Shown here: piece by piece, positions 16,753 to 25,913 of the stretch
Position numbering within the stretch: position 1 is the stretch's first letter
Layout of the letters: each line of letters begins with the position of its first letter
Virus record (IMG/VR): IMGVR_UViG_3300010048_000027
Coordinates: 1 to 34,119 of that record
Reading direction: 5' to 3' (one strand)
Source: a virus
Taxonomy: Duplodnaviria > Caudoviricetes
DNA length: 34,119 nt
Notes under the pieces: generated by a model
What the model saw: the letters and a program-made list of their open reading frames with translations, nothing else
Told to the model about the DNA's origin: nothing
Databases searched by the model: none
Position numbers and translations under genes: made by a program

Positions 16753-16964
16753 TGGCGCCGACGCACGCTGAGGGTCGGGCGGCGTCGCAGCGGGTGAAGG
16801 CGGCGAACGACGCCGGCGAGATGGCCGACACCTGGGACCAGATCACGATGACGGTCTATCATCTAAGTCTGCTGATGCGGACGGTTCCGGAGCCACATCG
16901 GATGGCGCAGGCGCTGCGTCTGGCGCGGGTGCTGGTAGAGAACACCAAGGAAAGCATGGGGTAA
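16749..16964 (+). CDS. Hypothetical protein
   Basis: 71 aa; coupled to its neighbours. Confidence 0.5.
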   Translation: MMAPTHAEGRAASQRVKAANDAGEMADTWDQITMTVYHLSLLMRTVPEPHRMAQALRLARVLVENTKESMG

Positions 16965-16973
16965 TGGCGCCTG

Positions 16974-19900
16974 ATGGCTCGTCCTAAGCGCGGCGACGCG
17001 GACGTTCTCAGAGAAGCGAAGAAGCGATTTGAGCGGTGTGTGACGTGGGAGTCGACGGCGCGGAGCAATGCGCGGATTGACCGGCGTTTTGCCAATGGGG
17101 ACGCGTATAACAACTGGCAATGGGATCAGACGGTACGGACGGCGCGTGGGGACCGGCCGTGTTTGACGCACAACAAGGTGCGGCAGCACAATCTGCAGAT
17201 TATCAATGATGCGCGGCAGAACAAGCAGTCGATTAAGGTGACGCCGGTAGGCGGGAATGCGTCGTATGAGGCGGCGCAGGTGTTTGAGGGTATTATCAGG
17301 CGGATAGAATATCAGAGTAAGGCGATTGACGCCTACAGCACGGCGACGTTTCATCAGGTTGAGACTGGTATTGGGTATGTGTCGGTGGACACGGATTATG
17401 TTGACCAGGATGGCAGTTTTGAGCAGGAGATTTACATTCGGCGGCATGCGGATCCGGAGACGATCTACATGGATCCGGATTGCAAGCTGTATGACAAGTC
17501 GGATGCGCGATTTGCGTTTGTATTTGAGGACATACCGAGAGAGGAGTGGGAAGCGGAGCACGGTGAGAACAAGGCGCCACCGGGGCCGGCGCTGGACATG
17601 CCGCGCAGCAACGACTGGGTGACCAAGGATCATGTTCGGGTGGCGATCTACTGGCGTCGCAACGAGGACGAGGACAAATTGCATATGCTGCGTGACGGGC
17701 GTGTCATCAAGGAGGGTGACATGGACGATGCGCAGATGGAGATGCATCGGCCGTTGATTGAGCGGACGCGGACGACGAAAGAGACGAGTGTGGAGTGGTT
17801 TAGGATTGAGGGAGACAAGATAGCGGATCGGGGCGAGTGGGCGGGGATTTACATACCGATTGTGCCCTGGATTGGCGAGGAGGTGGTGATTGACGGTCTG
17901 CTGGATCGCAAGGGGCACACGAGAAGCCAGATTGATGCGCAGCGGATCTATAATTACTGGGCCGCAACGAGTTTGCATACCCCCCTGCCGACGCCAACCG
18001 GCTGGACGACGATGGGCGAAGTCGAGGCGGGGGATCTGCTGCTGGATGAGCAGGGGCGGCCGACGACGGTTCTAGGCAAGAGCCCAGTGTATCTTCACAG
18101 CCGGTGTTTCCGCGTTGAGTTTGACGATGGCTCGCATGTTATTGCCGATGCGGGCCATCAGTGGCAGGTGGAGGAACGCGGCAAGGCGATTGCTGGCGGA
18201 TGGCAATGGACCGATAAGCAGGTGACGACGGAGCAACTGACACCTGGCACGCACTTCATTCACATGGCAAAGCCGCTGGACTTGCCAGAAGCGGATTTAC
18301 TTATCGAGCCTTATCTGCTCGGCATGTGGCTTGGCAATGGCCGCACGGCGGCAGGAACCATCACCAACCATACGCAAGATGTCGATGAGACGCGGCAATA
18401 TCTGATGGAACTCGGTTACCGCTTGGGTCCGGTGTATAGGGACAACAACGCGAGCACATTCGGCGTCTATGAACTGGCTGGCGAATTACGCGAATTGGGC
18501 TTGCTTGGCAACAAGCACATTCCGCAGGCATATTTGCGCGCCTCGGCGGCCCAGCGCTGGGCGTTGCTGCAAGGATTGATGGACACCGATGGTTCGGCCA
18601 ACCGGCGTCTGTTCACCTGTGAGTTCACGACCTCGCGGCCAGCTTTAGCTGAAGGCTTTGCGGAATTGCTTAGTTCCTTGGGGCTGAAATCGACGCATCT
18701 GCGTCGAGCTGCGACGCGGCGAAAAATGCCGGGGGGCGAGTGGTCTGATGTGCTCGCGCATGATCAATTCACGTTCTCTGCGCCGCCGGATGTGCAGGTG
18801 TTCCGGTTGCGGCGCAAGCGAGCTGTGCAGGAATACGAGCGCACGACGCATTGGCGACGCACCAGGCGGTTCCGCATCAAGGCGGTGTTGCCGGTGCCGT
18901 CTGAGCCAGTGCAATGCTTAGGAGTAGATGCACCCTCGCATCTATTTCTGTGCGGTCCTTCGATGGTGCCGACCCATAACTCAGCGGCGGTGGAGCAGGT
19001 AGCGCTGCAGAGCAAGGTTCCGTATGTGGGTGTGGTGCAGGCGTTTGAGGGGTTTGAGAATTATTGGAACACGGCGAACCTGAAGAATTTTGCGTATTTG
19101 CCGTATAATGGGAAGGATGACGACGGCAATCCGTTGCCACCGCCGCAGCGAGCGCCGCCACCCGAGATGGCGAGCGCGTATATCCAGGGGATGCAGATTG
19201 CCAGGCAGGATCTGCTGGATGTGACGGGGCAATATCAGGCTGAGTTGGGCATGCCATCAAACGAGCGCAGTGGCGTGGCCATTCAGCAGCGCCAGCGTCA
19301 GGGCGACAATGCCACGTATCACTACATAGACAACCAGAGTAAGGCGATCCGCCAAGTTGGGCGCATTCTGCTCGACCTTATTCCCAAGATTTACGACACC
19401 ACCAGGGTCATCAAGATCCTGGCGCAGGACGGAACGGATCAGGAGGTGGTATCGACGCCGAATGCGCCGGCCGCGCATCAGCGTGTGCGGATGACGCCGC
19501 AGGGGCCGGTGCCGATCGGGCCGCAACAGGCGGGAGCGGACCAGGAAGAGGACAATCTGCCGGATCCCCGGATCATATTTAACCCGACGGTGGGTAAGTA
19601 TGATGTGGAGGCGGACGTTGGGCCGACGTTTGGCACGCAGCGTCAGGAGGCTGCGAACGCGTTCACGCAGATCTTGGCGAATAATCCGGCTGCGTTCGCG
19701 ATTGTTGGCGACTTTTGGGCGAAATATCAGGATTTTCCTGGGGCGGAAGAGTTGGCGCAACGACTGAAGCGTGGCTTGCCGGCGCAATACAGGCCAGGGC
19801 CGGATCCGCAGCTGCAACAGGTGATCCAGGCGGGTCAGCAGATGCAGCAGCAGGCTCAGCAGCTGCTGAAGCAGGCCGATGCGGAGATTGCGCGGCTGCA

Positions 19901-20264
19901 GGCGGACAATATGCGGCTGAAAGAGCAGGGCGCCGAGAAGCACGCATCGATTGCGATCGATGAATACAAGGCCGAGACGGAGCGATTGAAGGCGGTGGGG
20001 CAGATTGATCCGGCATCGCTGCAGGTGATTGTGCGTAAGATGGTGGGCGAGATGTTGCAGACGGACTTGCCGCACTGGCTCGAGCACCATGGGGCATTGG
20101 AGCAGGCGTTCCAGGCAAATATGCAGCAAGCGCAGCCGCAGGCCCCGAACGGGAATGGCAATGGCGGGCAGGCGCCAGCGGGCAATGGTGGGGCGCCGGG
20201 CAATGGCGGCATGCCACAGCCACCGAATGGCGGCGGGATGCCGCAGCCGGCGGCAGGACCATAG
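16974..20264 (+). CDS. P22-like portal protein containing an intein (about 757 aa after splicing)
   Basis: RPCLTHNKV, GIGY, YIPIVP..G, DAQRIYNYW, SGVAIQQRQRQG, GKYDV..DVGPTFGTQRQE; C-terminal Gln-rich coiled coil. Confidence 0.93.
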   Translation: MARPKRGDADVLREAKKRFERCVTWESTARSNARIDRRFANGDAYNNWQWDQTVRTARGDRPCLTHNKVRQHNLQIINDARQNKQSIKVTPVGGNASYEAAQVFEGIIRRIEYQSKAIDAYSTATFHQVETGIGYVSVDTDYVDQDGSFEQEIYIRRHADPETIYMDPDCKLYDKSDARFAFVFEDIPREEWEAEHGENKAPPGPALDMPRSNDWVTKDHVRVAIYWRRNEDEDKLHMLRDGRVIKEGDMDDAQMEMHRPLIERTRTTKETSVEWFRIEGDKIADRGEWAGIYIPIVPWIGEEVVIDGLLDRKGHTRSQIDAQRIYNYWAATSLHTPLPTPTGWTTMGEVEAGDLLLDEQGRPTTVLGKSPVYLHSRCFRVEFDDGSHVIADAGHQWQVEERGKAIAGGWQWTDKQVTTEQLTPGTHFIHMAKPLDLPEADLLIEPYLLGMWLGNGRTAAGTITNHTQDVDETRQYLMELGYRLGPVYRDNNASTFGVYELAGELRELGLLGNKHIPQAYLRASAAQRWALLQGLMDTDGSANRRLFTCEFTTSRPALAEGFAELLSSLGLKSTHLRRAATRRKMPGGEWSDVLAHDQFTFSAPPDVQVFRLRRKRAVQEYERTTHWRRTRRFRIKAVLPVPSEPVQCLGVDAPSHLFLCGPSMVPTHNSAAVEQVALQSKVPYVGVVQAFEGFENYWNTANLKNFAYLPYNGKDDDGNPLPPPQRAPPPEMASAYIQGMQIARQDLLDVTGQYQAELGMPSNERSGVAIQQRQRQGDNATYHYIDNQSKAIRQVGRILLDLIPKIYDTTRVIKILAQDGTDQEVVSTPNAPAAHQRVRMTPQGPVPIGPQQAGADQEEDNLPDPRIIFNPTVGKYDVEADVGPTFGTQRQEAANAFTQILANNPAAFAIVGDFWAKYQDFPGAEELAQRLKRGLPAQYRPGPDPQLQQVIQAGQQMQQQAQQLLKQADAEIARLQADNMRLKEQGAEKHASIAIDEYKAETERLKAVGQIDPASLQVIVRKMVGEMLQTDLPHWLEHHGALEQAFQANMQQAQPQAPNGNGNGGQAPAGNGGAPGNGGMPQPPNGGGMPQPAAGP
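17964..18980 (+). mobile_element. Class 3 intein (339 aa) with LAGLIDADG homing-endonuclease domain
   Basis: Starts ATSLHTPLPTPTGWTTMG; block B ADAGHQW; block F VQCLGV; ends VPTHN/S; LLGMWLGNG and LLQGLMDTDG motifs. Confidence 0.9.
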
Positions 20265-20277
20265 CAAGGAGAGAGCC

Positions 20278-20961
20278 ATGCGCAGCATCACACTGGCGAC
20301 CCTGACGGCAGCGAGTTTGCTGGCATCCGCGGCGTGGGCGGCGCCGATGAGCGTGGCGCAGTTCAGCCAGAACACCGGCAACAATGATGTGACGATCGCC
20401 AACAACGGCGCGCTGATGGGCAGCACCGGGGCGACCACGATCAGCATTGCGGACGCGACGGCGAACATCAGCCAGTTGCTGGACAACGTGACGCCGATTG
20501 ACGGGATCGACGTGACGCTGAATGCGACGAGCATTGACAATGCGGCGACGGTGGGGGCGACCGGCATCCTGCAGCATTTCAATGGCACATTCTGCCTGTC
20601 GTCGATGGCTGGGTGTGGCGGCATCGTGTTTCTGAGCGGCAGCTTCAGCGACGCGGCGTTTGGTACCGCGACCGGGAGCCAGTTGACGGTGAATGTGGCC
20701 AATCCGCCCGATGTGCTGAACCTAACCAGCAGCGTGATCCCGGCGAGCCAGTTGCAGGCGCCGTCGAGCCTGAATTTTGCGTTCACAGCGGTGAACCCGG
20801 CGCTGTTCATTGACAGCAATAACAGCATCGGGGCGGCAACCGGGGCGTTCTCGGGCAATGCCAGCGCGACCGCCGTGGCGACGCCGGAGCCGGGCACGGC
20901 GGCGCTGCTCGGCGTCGGGCTGCTCGGGCTGGTGGGCGTCACACGGCACCGTAGGCGGTGA
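20278..20961 (+). CDS. PEP-CTERM sorting-domain protein
   Basis: Sec signal peptide, Ser/Thr/Asn-rich body, C-terminal TPEPGTAALLGVGLLGLVGVTRHRRR; RBS AAGGAG. Confidence 0.9.
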   Translation: MRSITLATLTAASLLASAAWAAPMSVAQFSQNTGNNDVTIANNGALMGSTGATTISIADATANISQLLDNVTPIDGIDVTLNATSIDNAATVGATGILQHFNGTFCLSSMAGCGGIVFLSGSFSDAAFGTATGSQLTVNVANPPDVLNLTSSVIPASQLQAPSSLNFAFTAVNPALFIDSNNSIGAATGAFSGNASATAVATPEPGTAALLGVGLLGLVGVTRHRRR

Positions 20962-21155
20962 CGGGCAGCTTGGCGGCCCCTGAGACGCTGGAGCAGGCGC
21001 TGGCGGGTGCTGACTGATGGCGCTGGGCGCGTATTCGGATCCCACCAACGCACTGTCAGGAGCGCCCAGCTGGGCGTGGAACCGGGATCGGCTGACGGAC
21101 GCGGTGACGGCGCCGCGGAACCAGATCCTGGGGCCGGCGGCAGGCGGCCGCAAGG

Positions 21156-21404
21156 ATGACAGCGGAAGCTGATCTGCCGGCCCAGCTACGGGATGAGGGC
21201 ACGCCGCTTGCGGTAGCGGCGGCGGACGAGATCGAGCGCCTCCGGGGCGAGGTGACGCACCTCGAGGCGAAGTTGGCGCTGACCTTGGGCGGCATGCACC
21301 GCCACCAGCGCGACGAATACGAGACGATAACCTTCGAATGGAATGTGCCGCCGAGCGGGCCGGGGCACGAGGTTTCACGTGAAACGCCCGGCAAGGAGGA
21401 CTGA
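21156..21404 (+). CDS. Hypothetical protein
   Basis: AADEIERLR coiled-coil motif; AAGG upstream. Confidence 0.55.
   Translation: MTAEADLPAQLRDEGTPLAVAAADEIERLRGEVTHLEAKLALTLGGMHRHQRDEYETITFEWNVPPSGPGHEVSRETPGKED
21372..21385. promoter_or_regulatory. parS-like site GTTTCACGTGAAAC
   Basis: Exact 14-bp palindromic core of the chromosomal parS consensus TGTTTCACGTGAAACA. Confidence 0.7.
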
Positions 21405-21407
21405 GCC

Positions 21408-21653
21408 ATGGCGCTGCATGTGACTACGCCGCACGCAGAGGTGCCGACACCGGGCCCCGGCGGCATCCAACAGCCGAGCGCGCACAAGCGTGAGCCGCTG
21501 CCGCCAGGCGTGTTGCCCGGTATCACCGACACCGACCCGCCACCGCTCAACCCCGCGACCATCATCGAGAACGGCCGGGTGTGGGTGGACGAGAGCAAGC
21601 TGCACCCGCAGCCGCACCATACCAGCCATGGGAGCGCGCCAGCGGCACACTAG
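21408..21653 (+). CDS. Hypothetical Pro/His-rich protein
   Basis: RBS AGGAGG; 81 aa. Confidence 0.55.
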   Translation: MALHVTTPHAEVPTPGPGGIQQPSAHKREPLPPGVLPGITDTDPPPLNPATIIENGRVWVDESKLHPQPHHTSHGSAPAAH

Positions 21654-22367
21654 ATGAGCGAGACACAGACTGAGGCGCTGGAGCCCCAGGCCGCTCCAGC
21701 GCCCTCTGAGGCCCCGGAAACACCATCTCCGGAGGAACAGGCCGCAGCGCAGCAAAGCGCGCTCGAAAAGCGCGTCGCGACCATGTCGGCGCGCATGGGC
21801 AACCTGGGGCGCGAGCGTGACGAGCTCCGCGCCAGGGTGGCCCAACTCGAGGCGGGCTTGCGCACCCAGCAGCCCAGCCAGCAGCTGGACCCGCAGATCG
21901 CCGCCGCCATCCAACAGCAGGCCCAGCAGATCAGTGCCGGCGAGCGGACGCAGGAGAAGATCCGATCGTTTCATGCGGCGGGGAAAGAGGCGTACCCGGA
22001 CTGGGCACAGCGCTGCGACGACCTCCAGGCGATGGGCGCGGATCCGCAGTTTGCGGAACTCCTCGTGGAGATGGACCAGGGGCATAAGGTGGCGGCGGCG
22101 TTGCGTGACGATCCGGAGCAACTGGAGCGTATCGCGTCGCTGCGCGGGGAACGAGCGAGAGCGATCGCGCTCGGGCAGTATGCGGCGAAGCTGGATGCCC
22201 AGCCGACACGGGCCGTCAGCAAAGCGCCGCCCCCGCCAAAACCGATCCAAAGGGGCGGTGGCGTCGCACCGGCTTTCAACGAGTATGGCGAAATCGATGC
22301 GTCCAGCCTCGCAGACTTCTACTCTCGCCAGGATTTGGAAAAGCGCAGGGCAATCAACCGGAGATAG
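21654..22367 (+). CDS. Probable capsid scaffolding protein
   Basis: Acidic/Pro N-terminus, coiled coil, YPDW, VSKAPPPPKPI; lies between portal and coat. Confidence 0.75.
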   Translation: MSETQTEALEPQAAPAPSEAPETPSPEEQAAAQQSALEKRVATMSARMGNLGRERDELRARVAQLEAGLRTQQPSQQLDPQIAAAIQQQAQQISAGERTQEKIRSFHAAGKEAYPDWAQRCDDLQAMGADPQFAELLVEMDQGHKVAAALRDDPEQLERIASLRGERARAIALGQYAAKLDAQPTRAVSKAPPPPKPIQRGGGVAPAFNEYGEIDASSLADFYSRQDLEKRRAINRR

Positions 22368-22371
22368 CGAT

Positions 22372-22569
22372 ATGGCAAGGGACATGCGGCGCGACACCGC
22401 GAAGAGCGGCGATGGCAACGACACCAAGATGCCGTGGCATGATTATCCGTCGTTCAGCAGCGGCGGCAATGAAGCTGGCGGCAAAACCGAGAGCATACAC
22501 AGCAGTCGGGCAAGCAAGTCGGCAACCACGCAGCGAGAGGAGATCGAGGTGATCCGGAGAATGCCGTGA
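22372..22569 (+). CDS. Hypothetical protein
   Basis: RBS GGAG; 65 aa. Confidence 0.45.
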   Translation: MARDMRRDTAKSGDGNDTKMPWHDYPSFSSGGNEAGGKTESIHSSRASKSATTQREEIEVIRRMP

Positions 22570-22744
22570 TGGCAAAGCTGGTCGCGACTGGTACTGTCCG
22601 CAGAGGCGATACCGGCAAGCCAGTGGCACGCTTCGCGGCGGTGCCGAAGGCAGACGTGAGGGATAAGGGCAAGGTCGGCATGGCGGCAATGCGGAACACA
22701 TTGGCAAAGGCCGATGAGCGATATCAGCGCAAGGGGAAGAAGTG

Positions 22745-22987
22745 ATGGGCAACGGCAAAAAGGACGCACCGCCGTTTGGCGATAAAGGCACCACCAGCGG
22801 CACCGCACGGGCAATGGCAAGCCATGCCAAAGCGTTTCGCGGGCGGCTGGCGGGGTTGGACACGTATAAGGCCCCAGCCGATACCGGTAGCAGCGGGCGT
22901 ATGCCAAGCGCCAACAGCCGTGGCGATACCGTGAAGCGGCTTGGTGGTAATAGCGGGCCGCGCAGCTTTAGCCCGATCAAGACGTAG
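22745..22987 (+). CDS. Hypothetical basic Gly-rich protein
   Basis: 80 aa in the head operon. Confidence 0.45.
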   Translation: MGNGKKDAPPFGDKGTTSGTARAMASHAKAFRGRLAGLDTYKAPADTGSSGRMPSANSRGDTVKRLGGNSGPRSFSPIKT

Positions 22988-23489
22988 GACGAGGACGCCC
23001 GCGATCTGCCGAACTGATAGCACCATGTTTCTTGATGTCGGTGAGTTGTAGGTTCTCGATGCGATTATCTTGCGGATCGCGATTGATGTGATGGACATGC
23101 TCAGCAGACAAGAGCGTACGGCCAAGGTGACGTTCCATTATGATCCTGTGCAAAAGCTTCCTCTCGCCGGCAATCGTGACACGCAGATAAGGCTTTGGCG
23201 GCGGTCCTGCTGAATAGGCCAACGAGCGACATTGTATGCTACAGAATTTTCTCTGCTTGAGCCGAGATGGAGGTGTCGGGACGGCTTTGCCGCATTGGGC
23301 GCAGGGCACGCTGGTTGAAGCATTGTTATGTGCTTTCTTCCCCCTGATTGCGGCAAGACGCCGGTTCTCTCGGTTGGGACGCGTGGCGATGGAAGTACAT
23401 CTGCGAGAGCAAAACCGCGCCGTGTTGCGTCGATATGGCTTGATCGAGAAGCAGCCACCACAGTATTCGCATTCCAATAGGAGTGGCAT
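22977..23489 (-). CDS. HNH homing endonuclease with two Cys-rich repeats
   Basis: [48 protein letters not shown]. Confidence 0.9.
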   Translation of the reverse strand: MPLLLECEYCGGCFSIKPYRRNTARFCSRRCTSIATRPNRENRRLAAIRGKKAHNNASTSVPCAQCGKAVPTPPSRLKQRKFCSIQCRSLAYSAGPPPKPYLRVTIAGERKLLHRIIMERHLGRTLLSAEHVHHINRDPQDNRIENLQLTDIKKHGAISSADRGRPRPTS

Positions 23490-23491
23490 GG

Positions 23492-23626
23492 ATGCCTCTT
23501 AAGACCGGAACGAGCAAGAAGGCCTTCAGCCACAACATAAAGACCGAGATTGCTGCTGGCAAGAGCCCCAAGCAAGCAGTGGCAATCGCCTATAGCAAGA
23601 AGCGCGCGAGCCAGCGCAAGAAATAG
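23492..23626 (+). CDS. Small basic phage protein (44 aa)
   Basis: [44 protein letters not shown]; RBS AGGAG at 23479-23483; below the ORF-track cutoff. Confidence 0.75.
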   Translation: MPLKTGTSKKAFSHNIKTEIAAGKSPKQAVAIAYSKKRASQRKK

Positions 23627-23938
23627 GATCCCTGCCGGGAAGGGGTTTTCGCGCTCCCCTGAACGGCGCCGTGGTCCCGTGGCGTTCCCGGCTAGGGACG
23701 GGGCAAACGCTTCCGGCGAGCGTCATCGCCGTGTGTCCGCTCCGGTGACGGCTAAATCATCGTGTGGTCCTGCAGGCGGACCCGGAAACTCCTGTGCAAC
23801 CACAACGTGCCTATGACTTCTTGATCCAGCCAGCGGGCGGCGCAGCGACCTCCTCCCGACTGCGCCGTCCCGCAACTGGATCAAGATCACGAAGCTGGAG
23901 CCTGAAGCCGTTGGCACTCCACAACACAGGAGTGACAG

Positions 23939-25129
23939 ATGGCTGTCGCGAGCAACACCCTACTCAACATCAATATGATCACGGCAAAAGCGCTCGTGAT
24001 CTTGCACCAGAAGTTAAATTTTGTCGGGTCGATCAACAGACAGTACGAGGATAGCTTCGCACAGGCCGGCGCCAAGATCGGATCCAGCATCCGGATCCGT
24101 ATCCCGGTGCAATACACCGTCAGCACCACACCAGCGCTCGCGGTGCAGAACTCAGTGGAAACGAATACGACGCTGACACTGAGCAATCAGTACCACGTCG
24201 ACTTCAGCTTTAGCTCCGCTGAACTCACGCTGAACATCGATGACTTTGCGGCGCGGTACTTGGAGCCTGCGTGTACGGTGCTGGCCGCCAATGTCGAAGC
24301 ACAGTCGTTGCTGCAAGTTGTGCCGGCAGTCTGGAACATGGTCGACGGCCACGGCGCCGCGCAGACGTTCCGCAACGTGCTCACGGGGCGCAAGATCCTG
24401 CTTGATAACCTCACGCCGCAGGATCTGCAGTGGCAATTGAGGATCAACACCCAAGACAACGTCGATATGGTGGACACGCTGAAAGGCCTGTTCCAGCAGC
24501 AAACGCAGATCGCACGACAATACGTCGATGGCGTGATGGGGCTGTCAGGCGGCTTTGAGTGGGCCGAGAATACCCACCTCAACACCTACACGCGCGGCGC
24601 CCAGAGCGGCTATCTGGTGGGCGCTGGCGGCCAGACGGGTAGCACGCTGGCAGTTACGACAGGAACCGGCACCGGCAATGCTGGCGACGTGTTTACGATC
24701 GCGGGCGTGTTCAGGGTCCATCCGGAAAGCAAGGTGGTCACCAACCAGTTGCAACAGTTCGTGTTGACAAGCTCAGCCGCCGCTGGTGCCGGAACGTGGA
24801 ATATCGCGCCGGCCATGACGACGACCGGTCCGTATCAGAACATCAACGCGTCCCCCGGCGCAGGCGTGGCAATCACGTTCCTGATGGCGGCCAGCACGGC
24901 TAGTGGGCAGAGCATTTGCTACCATCCGGATTTTGCCACATTTGGGACTGCCGACCTAGTCATGCCCGGCGGCGTCGATATGGCCGCAAGGGCGCAGAAG
25001 GACGGCCTGTCGATCCGTGTTGTGCGGCAATACGACATCAACAACGACGTGCTGCCGTGCCGCTTGGACATCCTCTGGGGTGTCGCCGCTATCCGCCCGC
25101 AACTCGCGTGCCGGCTGATCGCGAACTGA
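23939..25129 (+). CDS. Major capsid protein, P22 gp5-like
   Basis: GAKIGSSIRIRIP, FSSAELTLNIDDF..RYLEPA, GDVFTIAGV, CRLDILWG..IRP; RBS AGGAG. Confidence 0.92.
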   Translation: MAVASNTLLNINMITAKALVILHQKLNFVGSINRQYEDSFAQAGAKIGSSIRIRIPVQYTVSTTPALAVQNSVETNTTLTLSNQYHVDFSFSSAELTLNIDDFAARYLEPACTVLAANVEAQSLLQVVPAVWNMVDGHGAAQTFRNVLTGRKILLDNLTPQDLQWQLRINTQDNVDMVDTLKGLFQQQTQIARQYVDGVMGLSGGFEWAENTHLNTYTRGAQSGYLVGAGGQTGSTLAVTTGTGTGNAGDVFTIAGVFRVHPESKVVTNQLQQFVLTSSAAAGAGTWNIAPAMTTTGPYQNINASPGAGVAITFLMAASTASGQSICYHPDFATFGTADLVMPGGVDMAARAQKDGLSIRVVRQYDINNDVLPCRLDILWGVAAIRPQLACRLIAN

Positions 25130-25139
25130 GGAGGGCGAC

Positions 25140-25553
25140 ATGGCGCAATATCCCACTGTCACCTACCCGTCAGGACGGGCGATCAACTACAATCTCGGCA
25201 CCGGCATGCACGACCTGACGGCAATGGTGAACGGCGCCGGATGGACGGCAAATACCTATACCGCTCGGGCAGGCGGTGGCCGTGCCAATGCCACCATCCT
25301 TAATGCTGCTGTGAACCTGATTGCGGTGTGCGCCACAGCGGCGGATAGCGTGAAGTTGCCGCCGGCCGTTGGTGGTCAGGTGATGTGGATCATCAACGCC
25401 GGCAGTGCGGCATCGCAGATGTTCGCTGCCGATGGCACCACCGACACGATCAACGGTGTAGCGGCGGCAACCGGGGTGTCACTCGCAGCCGGCAAGGCGG
25501 ACGTGCTGATGAGCCCGCTGCCAGGGGCGTGGTTCTCGGTGACGGGCGCATGA
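25140..25553 (+). CDS. Probable virion/head decoration protein
   Basis: Follows the coat gene; DSVKLPPA.GG..DTING beta-rich pattern. Confidence 0.6.
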   Translation: MAQYPTVTYPSGRAINYNLGTGMHDLTAMVNGAGWTANTYTARAGGGRANATILNAAVNLIAVCATAADSVKLPPAVGGQVMWIINAGSAASQMFAADGTTDTINGVAAATGVSLAAGKADVLMSPLPGAWFSVTGA

Positions 25554-25634
25554 GCGAGAAGCGTCGGTGGATACGCCGACGCTGCGCGGCACCGCTGGTG
25601 GCGGCCGGGGCTTGGGCCACTAGAAGGGAAAGCG

Positions 25635-25913
25635 ATGTTCAGTCCAAGCAGTAGCACACAAACGCTAACCGTTGGCGCGAGCTCGGTGTCGTGTCCGATC
25701 GACCCGAGCGATAGTGTGGTATCGTTACTCGCAGTCGGAAACGCCGTCGTGTTCGTTCGCATCGGCGCCGGGCCACAGACGGCAACGATCACGGATTATC
25801 CGATACTGCAACCGACTCTCCTGCCCGCCTACTCGGGGGCAGATACCCTGGCCGCCATCAGCCCCGGCGCCGGCACCGTGACGCTCTACGTCACAACGGG
25901 GCATGACGTGTGA
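25635..25913 (+). CDS. Small beta-rich protein, paralog of 16027-16320
   Basis: Direct alignment by eye. Confidence 0.7.
   Translation: MFSPSSSTQTLTVGASSVSCPIDPSDSVVSLLAVGNAVVFVRIGAGPQTATITDYPILQPTLLPAYSGADTLAAISPGAGTVTLYVTTGHDV

Noticed and set aside
20140-20260. GGCAATGGC-type repeats at the portal 3' end as another array
   Set aside because: They are codon-phased and encode a low-complexity NGG/QP tail
16863-22427. Long minus-strand ORFs (16863-17978, 19257-21053, 21375-22427)
   Set aside because: Antisense shadows of the portal, PEP-CTERM and scaffold genes in high-GC DNA
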